DNA of 64,000 nucleotides from Parachlamydiales bacterium (GTDB lineage Bacteria; Chlamydiota; Chlamydiia; Chlamydiales; Rhabdochlamydiaceae): NCBI GenBank assembly GCA_963705295.1, contig OY970065.1, positions 1,056,001 to 1,120,000 of the forward strand, read 5' to 3'. Shown piece by piece: positions 56,067 to 64,000 of this stretch (position 1 is its first letter; each line of letters starts with the position of its first letter). The notes under the pieces were generated by a model. It saw only the letters and a program-made list of their open reading frames with translations, ran no database searches and was not told where the DNA came from. The position numbers and the translations under genes were made by a program.

Positions 56067-57512
56067 ATGAGAAATATTATAGGAAGAAATGAGGAAAAAC
56101 AACTCCTTCAACGTCTTTATGAATCAAAACAGGCGGAATTCCTAGCTATTTATGGAAGAAGGCGGATTGGTAAAACCTACCTTATTACAGAATTTTTCCA
56201 AGATAAAGGAATCTTTTTTGAAATCACCGGCTCTTCAACAGCAACAACCAAAGAACAGTTGCTCCGTTTTCATCACGAGTTTTGTGGTCTCTTTAAAAAA
56301 GAAGGGAAAATTAGGCCACCAAAGAATTGGCAAGAAGCTTTTTTCCGTTTAAAAGAGGTTATAGAAGAAATCCAGGATCACCAAAAGATCATTTTATTTT
56401 TTGATGAACTACCTTGGCTTGCATCACGAAAATCAAAGTTTTTATCTGCACTGGACTATTTTTGGAATAGACATTTTTCTCGCATGCCACAGGTTCTGCT
56501 TATTGTCAGTGGATCCTCGGCATCCTGGATGATCCATCAAGTTTTAAATAACAAAGGAGGACTTTATGGTCGCCTCAGTGCCCATCTTAGGTTAAGACCC
56601 TTCACGCTATCAGAAGTTGAACAGTTTTTGCAATCCAAAGGAATCCAATTAACGCGAAAACAAATTTGTGAAATTTATATGGTGACAGGAGGAGTTCCTA
56701 AATACCTTTCTTTTATCAAACCAGCGACTTCTTCAAGACAATGCATCCAATCTCTTTGTTTTAGCCCTCAATCTCCTCTCATAGGGGAGTTCCATAAGCT
56801 CTTCTATTCTCTTTTTAGACACCCAGAGTCACACATTGAACTGATTAAAGCTTTGGCTAATAGAAGACGTGGGATGGATCGAAAAGAGCTAATGAAAGCA
56901 GCGAAAATCCAAAAGGGTGGATACTATTCAAAAATTTTAAGAGAACTAGAAGAATCAGACTTTATCACTGGTATGTATGAAAAAGAGAGCATGAGTCGAT
57001 CGGCGAAGTATTTCCTCTCGGATGAATATAGCCTTTTTTATTTAAATTGGATTGATCCTGTAAAGAGCACTATTTTACGTGGGGATGACAATGATTTTTG
57101 GATGAAACAGGCAAGTACATCAGATTGGATTGCTTGGGCAGGATTTGCATTTAAAAGTCTTTGCATAAAACATATCAATAAAATTAAAGATGCCCTAAAA
57201 ATCGGCGGTGTCACTACTTATGCTGGATACTGGAAATCCATGATTGAAAATAAGAAAGAAATGGAAATCGATCTTGTCATTGATCGAGCAGATCAATGTG
57301 CCAATCTATGTGAAATAAAATTTAGCAATGCCCCCTTTGAAATGACTAAATCGTACGCTAAGGAACTTCAAATCAAAAAAGAAATATATCGTCAAAAAAC
57401 CCAAACGCGAAAAGCCCTTTTTACGACTCTTATTACTCCCTATGGAGCAATAATCAATGATTCTTATCTCAGTGTAGTTGATAATCAAATAATTATTGAT
57501 GAGCTTTTCTAA
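56067..57512 (+). CDS. AAA ATPase (ATPase_2 type) with a C-terminal nuclease-like domain
   Basis: GRRRIGKT, FFDELPW, GGVPKYL, EIDLVIDR...CEIK. Confidence 0.87.
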   Translation: MRNIIGRNEEKQLLQRLYESKQAEFLAIYGRRRIGKTYLITEFFQDKGIFFEITGSSTATTKEQLLRFHHEFCGLFKKEGKIRPPKNWQEAFFRLKEVIEEIQDHQKIILFFDELPWLASRKSKFLSALDYFWNRHFSRMPQVLLIVSGSSASWMIHQVLNNKGGLYGRLSAHLRLRPFTLSEVEQFLQSKGIQLTRKQICEIYMVTGGVPKYLSFIKPATSSRQCIQSLCFSPQSPLIGEFHKLFYSLFRHPESHIELIKALANRRRGMDRKELMKAAKIQKGGYYSKILRELEESDFITGMYEKESMSRSAKYFLSDEYSLFYLNWIDPVKSTILRGDDNDFWMKQASTSDWIAWAGFAFKSLCIKHINKIKDALKIGGVTTYAGYWKSMIENKKEMEIDLVIDRADQCANLCEIKFSNAPFEMTKSYAKELQIKKEIYRQKTQTRKALFTTLITPYGAIINDSYLSVVDNQIIIDELF

Positions 57513-57539
57513 TGCTGATTTTGTTATAATAATTGCATT

Positions 57540-58976
57540 ATGAGTGCAATTGTAGCAGATTATAAACAAATACTTCCTTTACACATTGATTCGGCAAAAG
57601 ATTTTCTTCAACGGGGGATCTTTGTGGCGATCCCGTTTTTAGCTCTCAATAAGACGTGCCGTTATCCGATTTCCCTTGCTATGGGATCTTTAGGGGTTGG
57701 AAGATCGGTTTCTCAGCTTTCTTATGAGAGAACAGTGTCTCAGGTTTTGAAAACCGTCGTGGCAGTGGTGGCCCTGGCGGGAGCTTATTTTGGATCATCC
57801 AGGGCGATGGCTGTGACGATGGCTCAAGAGGCGATTCTTGAAGCGATCGCCTTGAGAAATTTTGTGCTTACGAAGAATTGGAATGAGGGAGTGCAAAGTT
57901 GTCTCAAGATGGCGAGTAACTTGCTTTTCGTGGCGTTGCAATGGCGGGGCGGGGCAAGGCTAGCGATGGCCTCATTATCGATGCAGGCCGCTGTGCTAGC
58001 CCTTGCATCGATCAAAGAATTTACGAAAGACCGGTGGCTGGAAGGGTCTGCCAATGCGGCACTGTCTGCGATCCGTCTAAAGCAAACGTTTACAACTTAC
58101 CAAATTGTTAAGCGGAACTGGGAAATTGAAGCTGCGATAAAAAGAGTATTTGTAGGTGAGCTGCATGAGAAATGGCAATTTCCCTCAGATCACTTGCCCG
58201 TCGGTGTTGAAGTGAATGGTGTTCGCATCATCAGCTGGAATGTGCTCAATAATGCGCAAATGGGGTGGGTGACCGACGAAGATTCCCAAGGGTTGAAAGG
58301 TTCGATGATCACCGATTTGAATGTGCCCGCCGGAGAAGGGGTGACTCAGCGCGATCTTAAAGTTATGGAGATGATCCGAGCGATGATGTCTGCAAATCAC
58401 ATCATTGCGCTCCAAGAATGTGGACACCCTTTTTTAGAAGCATTGCAAAAATGTCTTCCTGAAGGCTGGCACATGGTGAAGAGTTTTACTGTGCCGTGCA
58501 AAGATCAAGTGGTGATGCTCTACGATAGCTCCCATTTGACGTATCAGTCTCATTATCTTTCCGGTTACTTTTTTTCACGAGTCAAAAGTCGGCCCATCCA
58601 AAATGCAGTATTCTCAACAGCCTCAACGGACAGGGGCGATCTTCGAGTTATTCATACCCATATTCCCGGCGATCCTGATCTTCCAGCACGGTATGAATTT
58701 GCAAACTATGTTCATCGAAATCACAATCAGGGCGAAGTGACCGTGGCTTTAGGGGATAATAACTTTGAGAGACACGAGATGATCGAGGCGTATCAAAAGG
58801 CCGGCTTTTCCGAGTTTAGCCTCCATTCACCCTGGAAGACAAACATCGATCCTACCACTAAAGATTCGAAAGCGATCGATCATATCTTTGTCCAGGGTGC
58901 TCCATCAAGAGACTTAAGTCCTGATGAAGTCGTCCCGCAAGCCAATCTTCGAGGGACCATCGGGCTTTTGAATTAG
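57540..58976 (+). CDS. Endonuclease/exonuclease/phosphatase-domain protein with a hydrophobic N-terminus
   Basis: SWNVLN, ALQE, HTHI, LGDNN, IDHIF; the PSDHLPV motif lies N-terminal to the domain. Confidence 0.75.
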   Translation: MSAIVADYKQILPLHIDSAKDFLQRGIFVAIPFLALNKTCRYPISLAMGSLGVGRSVSQLSYERTVSQVLKTVVAVVALAGAYFGSSRAMAVTMAQEAILEAIALRNFVLTKNWNEGVQSCLKMASNLLFVALQWRGGARLAMASLSMQAAVLALASIKEFTKDRWLEGSANAALSAIRLKQTFTTYQIVKRNWEIEAAIKRVFVGELHEKWQFPSDHLPVGVEVNGVRIISWNVLNNAQMGWVTDEDSQGLKGSMITDLNVPAGEGVTQRDLKVMEMIRAMMSANHIIALQECGHPFLEALQKCLPEGWHMVKSFTVPCKDQVVMLYDSSHLTYQSHYLSGYFFSRVKSRPIQNAVFSTASTDRGDLRVIHTHIPGDPDLPARYEFANYVHRNHNQGEVTVALGDNNFERHEMIEAYQKAGFSEFSLHSPWKTNIDPTTKDSKAIDHIFVQGAPSRDLSPDEVVPQANLRGTIGLLN

Positions 58977-59056
58977 GAATTTCAATTATAGTGGTGTTGA
59001 TCAACTCCTTTAATCTGTCTTGAAGTATATTTTTTAGGTTATTAAACTTCTGCTCT

Positions 59057-59593
59057 ATGACAGACTTTTTCACTTATGAAGAACAGAAAATCAGAAAAAG
59101 ATGGCTGATTTCGTTGTTTGTGAAATCGGGATTAGAATTTGGGTTATTGTTTTCAACTGATAAACCGAAGTTATTAACTATATCCGAATTGATTTTCAAT
59201 GGATTGCTCTATTATTTTACATATAAAAAAAATGGATTCCAATTTTTGTTCTCTACATTACTTTATTCTTTAACGAACATTGGAAGGATTTTACAGTCTA
59301 AATTTTTGATCGGGATAGACAATGTAGCAGATACCATTGCTCTTATTATAGGCCTTGGATTCTATGGATGGTGGAATTATATCAGTTTCAAATTAATCAA
59401 ACTCCATGAGTCTTTAAAACCTTCTAGAAAATGTAGAAAAGCGATGGCTCACATGCAAACTGCTCAAACTCTCGGAGATCTTGATCTCAAATTTCATCAT
59501 CTCAGGAACAGTTTTCCCAAATTCGAACGCTCAATAACGAAGGATTACCAAGAAAAGAGAGACGTTTTGATCAATTCTGCGCAGAAAACCTGA
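59057..59593 (+). CDS. Hypothetical membrane protein
   Basis: AT-rich ORF with several hydrophobic segments. Confidence 0.6.
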   Translation: MTDFFTYEEQKIRKRWLISLFVKSGLEFGLLFSTDKPKLLTISELIFNGLLYYFTYKKNGFQFLFSTLLYSLTNIGRILQSKFLIGIDNVADTIALIIGLGFYGWWNYISFKLIKLHESLKPSRKCRKAMAHMQTAQTLGDLDLKFHHLRNSFPKFERSITKDYQEKRDVLINSAQKT

Positions 59594-59631
59594 GAATTCG
59601 CTTTTCAAAGCGATTTTTATCAAGTTCAGTT

Positions 59632-59718
59632 GCTCCCTCGCGAGATCTGACTCCCGACGAAGTCGCCCCGCAAGCCAATCTTCGAGGGGCGATTACAATC
59701 CTAGAGAATAAGGTATAA
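59632..59718 (+). pseudogene. Relic alternative 3' end of the EEP gene
   Basis: Encodes APSRDLTPDEVAPQANLRGAITILENKV*, versus APSRDLSPDEVVPQANLRGTIGLLN* at the end of the EEP gene. Confidence 0.75.
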
Positions 59719-60396
59719 GTTGTTAGTCCTTCGATCAACACAAAGTGCGCCCGGCGGTGCATAAGCGGGTATCGAATTTAAAAACCATCCTCGACCGCGT
59801 AGGTAGCTTAACTTAAGGGTACCATCTGTTGACAGAGCGAAAAGGTTTCCTCTACTTATTCCTGTGATGATAGGGATTTTTTTTAGTTCTTTTTCATCTG
59901 GATTGGCATAATATAAGGCATAACCTTGACTGTCTTTTCCAAAGATTGCAAACCCATGCTTATTAGCGACTGTTTTTTGAACAACAAAATCAGGAAATCG
60001 ATCCTCGAATTCCTGGATCTTTATATGTTGTTCTCCTATCGATAGACCATAGTGAGGTCTATAAGACATAGGATCTCGGAAGTGTTCGATACTATGCATA
60101 TACCGCTCTTTCTTATTATCATTTTCGATAATTTCAAAGAGTTCGTCTGATTTTGAGTGTTTCACAGTGATGGTTCGACTTCCCACCAGGCAAGGACGAT
60201 CCTCAGGAAAAGAAGGAATTGGCTTAGTCAATTTTTTGCCGTTGATATAAATTTCGTAAGCTGGTTTTCCATATTGTGCTGTATATTCAGGGGAAAATTT
60301 GACCTCTGCAATACCACAGGTTTCATTACGGATGATTGCTCCTCCCTCGAGCTTTGTCACTAGGGCGTATGGACTTAATTGAGTTGACGTACACAT
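59701..60396 (-). CDS. Hypothetical protein
   Basis: 231-aa ORF, third gene of an apparent operon. Confidence 0.55.
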   Translation of the reverse strand: MCTSTQLSPYALVTKLEGGAIIRNETCGIAEVKFSPEYTAQYGKPAYEIYINGKKLTKPIPSFPEDRPCLVGSRTITVKHSKSDELFEIIENDNKKERYMHSIEHFRDPMSYRPHYGLSIGEQHIKIQEFEDRFPDFVVQKTVANKHGFAIFGKDSQGYALYYANPDEKELKKIPIITGISRGNLFALSTDGTLKLSYLRGRGWFLNSIPAYAPPGALCVDRRTNNLYLIL

Positions 60397-60398
60397 TT

Positions 60399-60764
60399 TT
60401 ATTTCCTTTTTGGTTTAATTAAATATAATTCATGATTAGGCGCGATAGATTGAAACTTAATAACCGCGCTGTGGAATAACTTTTGAATTGTAGCATTACT
60501 CGGGGGAATTTGACTCTGTAGTTGATATAAAATCGTTTTGGACCTTTCTAGATTTACACCATACCGGTCTCTTAAACTTTGGAAGTGTTTTGCAATAAGG
60601 GACCAGAAGAGTCTTGAAATCCAAGAGGACGGTTTAACATCCAGCTCGCCTGTAATCCAGCCTTTACTTTTTTCTAATTTAGAAAGTGCCTTTAATTTTT
60701 GGTGGACCTCTGCTTCGGTCCAATGGAGAGTTTTAGTGCCGATTTTAAGGGTAAAGTTGTTCAT
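60399..60764 (-). CDS. Small hypothetical protein, tandem paralog
   Basis: GWITGELDVKPSSWISRLFWSLIAKHF shared with the neighbouring gene. Confidence 0.7.
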   Translation of the reverse strand: MNNFTLKIGTKTLHWTEAEVHQKLKALSKLEKSKGWITGELDVKPSSWISRLFWSLIAKHFQSLRDRYGVNLERSKTILYQLQSQIPPSNATIQKLFHSAVIKFQSIAPNHELYLIKPKRK

Positions 60765-61153
60765 AACTCACCACGGGCTTTTTGAGACAATGTTACCTGA
60801 ATGTCTTCATGACATACTAAAAAATTACGACGAGGGGCGATCTGATCATATTTGGCAACGGCTTGAGCAAATAAATCATAAATCTCGTAAGATCTCTCAG
60901 AAATCTGGCTTTCCAACTGGAAAAGAAAATTCTGAGATTTTTGAAGATTTACACCGTAAAAGAGTTCTCTTAACCGGTCAAAATGCTTTGCGATGAGGGT
61001 CCAAAATGCACGGGAGATCCAGGAAGACGGCTTAACCTCGAGATCAGCCGTAATCCAGCCCGCTCTTTTATTGGGAAGATCGCGGAGCCTTTCGAGTTTT
61101 CTTAAAACTGTAGCCTCATCGATTGATTTATTACTAATTGTAAAACTTTTCAT
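60761..61153 (-). CDS. Small hypothetical protein, tandem paralog
   Basis: GWITADLEVKPSSWISRAFWTLIAKHF; ATGA overlap with the downstream gene. Confidence 0.7.
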   Translation of the reverse strand: MKSFTISNKSIDEATVLRKLERLRDLPNKRAGWITADLEVKPSSWISRAFWTLIAKHFDRLRELFYGVNLQKSQNFLFQLESQISERSYEIYDLFAQAVAKYDQIAPRRNFLVCHEDIQVTLSQKARGEL

Positions 61154-61225
61154 AATAATTATTATAACATTTGTTAGAATTTAAACAAAAATATTATTTT
61201 AATATTATAAGTAACAAAGAATCAA

Positions 61226-62113
61226 TTACTTATTACGGGCTTTGGTGGGGGTGGCGAAGTGGAAGACGGGGTTATCGGGGTCGTTTCGCTTGACGTGGTA
61301 GTAGGTTTTTCGGTGGTCGCCTTCACGTAAGGGGTTGTGGGTGAAGAGCATGGCGCGGCGGGAATGGTCGCTTTTGTTGATTTCTGAATAATGGGGGAGG
61401 AACGAGTCGATGAGGATGAGGTCGCCGGGGGAGGTTTCAAGGGGGATCCAGGTGATTTTTTGGGAGTATTCGGGTTGAATGACTCCGTGGTTGGGGCCTC
61501 CTTCGATGTAGGGGAGAACTTGGAGGTCAGGAAAGGTGGAGCGCCATTTTTTTGCGACTTGGAGGCATCCATTTTGGAGGGTTGCGGGATCGATGGAGAT
61601 CATGGCTGTGACGTGCTCGCGGGGGCCAAAGAGCTCATAGGCAGGAAAATCTTGATGGGGAGGGAAAGCTCCGCCGCCCGGCCATTTAAAGTTGAGCTTA
61701 TCCTTGAAGAGAACGTACGGTTCGCCCTGCAAGTAGGCGATGTAGTTCGTCACGGTGCCCATAATGAAATGATAAAGATCGGGATAGCACGTGAGGAGAT
61801 CTTCTGCGCGGCATGCTTGCAGAGGGTTGCGGGCTTCTGGAACCACGATGAGGGTCCCTGGAATATTTTTCTGCAGAAATTTCAAGGTGGTCGATCCATC
61901 CTGAGTGAGTTTGAGCATCGTTTGGGCGGCGGTATGGACATCGTCAGCCCACTTTTGGAGTGCATAGACTTGCTGCGGCGAGAAAAAGTTTTTGATCCAA
62001 AGATATCCGTTTTCTCGGAAAAAAGTCTGTTGCTCCTTCCATTCTTGTTCATTCTTGGGAGGTTCGAAAGAAAAAAGATTCAATGTAAATAACAGACATA
62101 GAAGAAGTTTCAT
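61226..62113 (-). CDS. Phytanoyl-CoA dioxygenase family Fe(II)/2OG oxygenase with a signal-like N-terminus
   Basis: FFRENGY, DKLNFKWPGGGAFPPHQD, NGCL, PHYS..N.S..SRR. Confidence 0.85.
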   Translation of the reverse strand: MKLLLCLLFTLNLFSFEPPKNEQEWKEQQTFFRENGYLWIKNFFSPQQVYALQKWADDVHTAAQTMLKLTQDGSTTLKFLQKNIPGTLIVVPEARNPLQACRAEDLLTCYPDLYHFIMGTVTNYIAYLQGEPYVLFKDKLNFKWPGGGAFPPHQDFPAYELFGPREHVTAMISIDPATLQNGCLQVAKKWRSTFPDLQVLPYIEGGPNHGVIQPEYSQKITWIPLETSPGDLILIDSFLPHYSEINKSDHSRRAMLFTHNPLREGDHRKTYYHVKRNDPDNPVFHFATPTKARNK

Positions 62114-62179
62114 AAAACTAGGGTATAATACAAATTATTACAATTTGTCAAAAAGAAATGAATTTTGCATTCTGTCAGC

Positions 62180-62935
62180 ATGAAGTTACTATTTTTAGTT
62201 CTTTTATGTTCGGTGTTAAGAGCAGAAATTCGGGAGGCGGCTCATTTTTATGAGATCGCACATTATGCCAAAGAAGACACGATGCTCGTGCTCGATATCG
62301 ATGATACGTTGCTCATTCCTCAACAGATGCTCGGGTCCGATGAGTGGTTTCAGACGCGAGTGAAAATAAATAGGCCGGATGGTTTTGAAAAAAGCATCGC
62401 TGAATGGGAGGGGGTTCGTCATTTCAGCTTAATGAAATTGGTTGAAGTCGACACGGCCGAAGTGATCCGTCAACTTCAGAGTGAATGTCATTGCATCATG
62501 GGCCTCACAACACAAGGTCTTGCCCTGGCGACCCGGACGGTGCAGCAATTGGAGGACCATCACATCGATCTTTCTTTGACAGCACCGAGTGAAAAAGACC
62601 ATTTTTCCAATGTCCGAGGTCACGGGATTCTATTTAGAAAAGGGATTCTCTTTACTTCAGGGACACACAAAGGAGAGGCGTTGTTTAAATTTTGTGAAAT
62701 GTCGGGTTATTGGCCGAAGAGGATTGTTTTTATCAATGATAAAGGCTCCCATCTTGTCGAGATAGAGACAGAGGCCAAAAAGCGGAATATCGAGTTTGTA
62801 GGGCTCCGGTATGCGTTTGCCGATATTCACAAGGCGGCTTTTCGCCGAGAAATTGCCGATTATCAATTTGCGCACTCGAGCTTTGCTCATATTCTCACGG
62901 ATGAAGAAGCAGATAGAGCTGTCCGAGCGCAGTGA
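62180..62935 (+). CDS. DUF2608-like HAD-fold secreted protein
   Basis: Signal peptide; VLDIDDTL, GLT, GILFT, KG, IVFIND. Confidence 0.75.
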   Translation: MKLLFLVLLCSVLRAEIREAAHFYEIAHYAKEDTMLVLDIDDTLLIPQQMLGSDEWFQTRVKINRPDGFEKSIAEWEGVRHFSLMKLVEVDTAEVIRQLQSECHCIMGLTTQGLALATRTVQQLEDHHIDLSLTAPSEKDHFSNVRGHGILFRKGILFTSGTHKGEALFKFCEMSGYWPKRIVFINDKGSHLVEIETEAKKRNIEFVGLRYAFADIHKAAFRREIADYQFAHSSFAHILTDEEADRAVRAQ

Positions 62936-63560
62936 TCGCTGCTGTTTCTGCACGCAAGATATTTTCGTGTAGAGAAACCCCTTGGCCATTTTTGGCTAAA
63001 TAGTCGAGTTCTCTAGGGGAAAATCCTTTTTCGGGTCCGATAATAAAAATGATGGTCGTTGAAAAAGGTCCTTTGAGCGGAGATGCATGGGGGTCCCCAT
63101 AGAAAACTGATCCAGAAAATTGAGGAAGTGAGGGTTTTGAAACTATTTTAGGGAGAAAAAGCCTACCGCATTGTTTCAGGGCTTGAATTGCTAAGGTCTC
63201 AAGGCGGGGAAGTTGGGGGACTTTTTTTTCACTTTGGTCTCCGGGAAAGAGCCAAAATTCGTCGGCACCCAGTTCGGTTCCTTTTTCGATGATCCAATCG
63301 AGATGCCGTGTGTAGGCTTGGGCTAAAATCAATTTTTGCTGGGGCGGGGAAGCTTTTTTATGAGAGATGATTTTGAGCTCAGCTTTTTTCTTATCGAGAG
63401 AGACGAGCTCGGCGGTGGCGAGTTCTCCTTGTCCATTCACAATTTCGAGGGTTTCTCCAATGCGGGCGCGCATGACATGGGCGAGATGATGGAGTTCCTT
63501 TCCTTCGAGAAATAAAGGGGATTGGAGCGGCTGTGGAAGAAAAAATCTATCGGCGGGCAT
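62895..63560 (-). CDS. rsmE: 16S rRNA m3U1498 methyltransferase
   Basis: HHLAHVMR, EKGTELG, ALKQCGR, IGPEKGFS, ILRAETA; start ATG 63560 (MPADRFF). Confidence 0.92.
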   Translation of the reverse strand: MPADRFFLPQPLQSPLFLEGKELHHLAHVMRARIGETLEIVNGQGELATAELVSLDKKKAELKIISHKKASPPQQKLILAQAYTRHLDWIIEKGTELGADEFWLFPGDQSEKKVPQLPRLETLAIQALKQCGRLFLPKIVSKPSLPQFSGSVFYGDPHASPLKGPFSTTIIFIIGPEKGFSPRELDYLAKNGQGVSLHENILRAETAAITALGQLYLLLHP

Positions 63561-64000
63561 GGTCGATAAATTCTTGTGGGTGGTTGAAGGAGACAATTCT
63601 TAAAGCCGCTAAACGGGAGAAGTGTTTTTGGGCGGCTTTATTCTGCGTGAAATCAACGATGAGTTTAAAACGGTAATCGATGATGGAGAGATCATCCCAT
63701 GTCTTAAATTCGACCTCATTCGAATAGAGGGGATGGGGGACAAAAGCGGTGATCTGTTCGCGTGGATAAAGAGCGCGGATTTCTTTGAGGAGCTCTTTCG
63801 GATCTTCTGAAAAAATGAAAGCGAGAGAGTCGTGCCGAAATTCTTTCTTCAGCTTTCCGGGAGGTTGCTGCTTCCATCTGTTGTGAATCCAGAGCCACTC
63901 GTGCGGCCTTTTTTGAATCGATTGTTCAAAGATGAATAGGGCTTCACGCATCTGATCTTCCGGATTGTCACGCGGCAAAATCGGGTCAGAATAGTGGATG
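63547..64000 (-). CDS. Lipid A acyltransferase (LpxL/HtrB family), C-terminal part; 5' end lies outside the window
   Basis: IHYSDPI...EQSIQKRPHEWLWIHNRWK; frame is open to the window edge. Confidence 0.75.
   Translation of the reverse strand, partial: IHYSDPILPRDNPEDQMREALFIFEQSIQKRPHEWLWIHNRWKQQPPGKLKKEFRHDSLAFIFSEDPKELLKEIRALYPREQITAFVPHPLYSNEVEFKTWDDLSIIDYRFKLIVDFTQNKAAQKHFSRLAALRIVSFNHPQEFIDHARR

Noticed and set aside
61222..62092. 233-aa antisense and 116-aa alternate-frame ORFs over the dioxygenase
   Set aside because: Shadow ORFs; the minus-strand gene carries the family motifs

Overview
A 64-kb chromosomal segment of an environmental Chlamydiota-like bacterium, judged from a double-length UvrA, chlamydial PknD, DUF2608 and many eukaryote-like ankyrin/Sel1/TPR/F-box genes. 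Core genes (fumC, DAHP synthase, valS, pknD, trpS, uvrA, pyk, rsmE, lipid A acyltransferase) are separated by accessory blocks. The main discovery is a microcin J25-like lasso-peptide cluster at 34.7-39.5 kb. Its 50-aa precursor (39347-39499, leader ...KSATSLTQ, core GNPGKFIEDNPTRPRPNAC) is missing from the ORF track. The adjacent B/peptidase gene carries a premature stop and an in-frame 165-bp palindromic insertion. Nearby, an AbiE type IV TA pair has an antitoxin fused to a trypsin-like serine protease. A ~163-bp palindromic element recurs with a conserved core but three different, co-varying terminal stems, and one copy is inserted in frame in the AbiEii toxin. Other observations: an uncalled His-rich mini-lipoprotein, several paralogous effector-like families, stand-alone ATPase genes with operator-like palindromes, gene-end relics, and a G-rich-to-C-rich polarity across conserved gene blocks. 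All calls are by eye; no searches were run.
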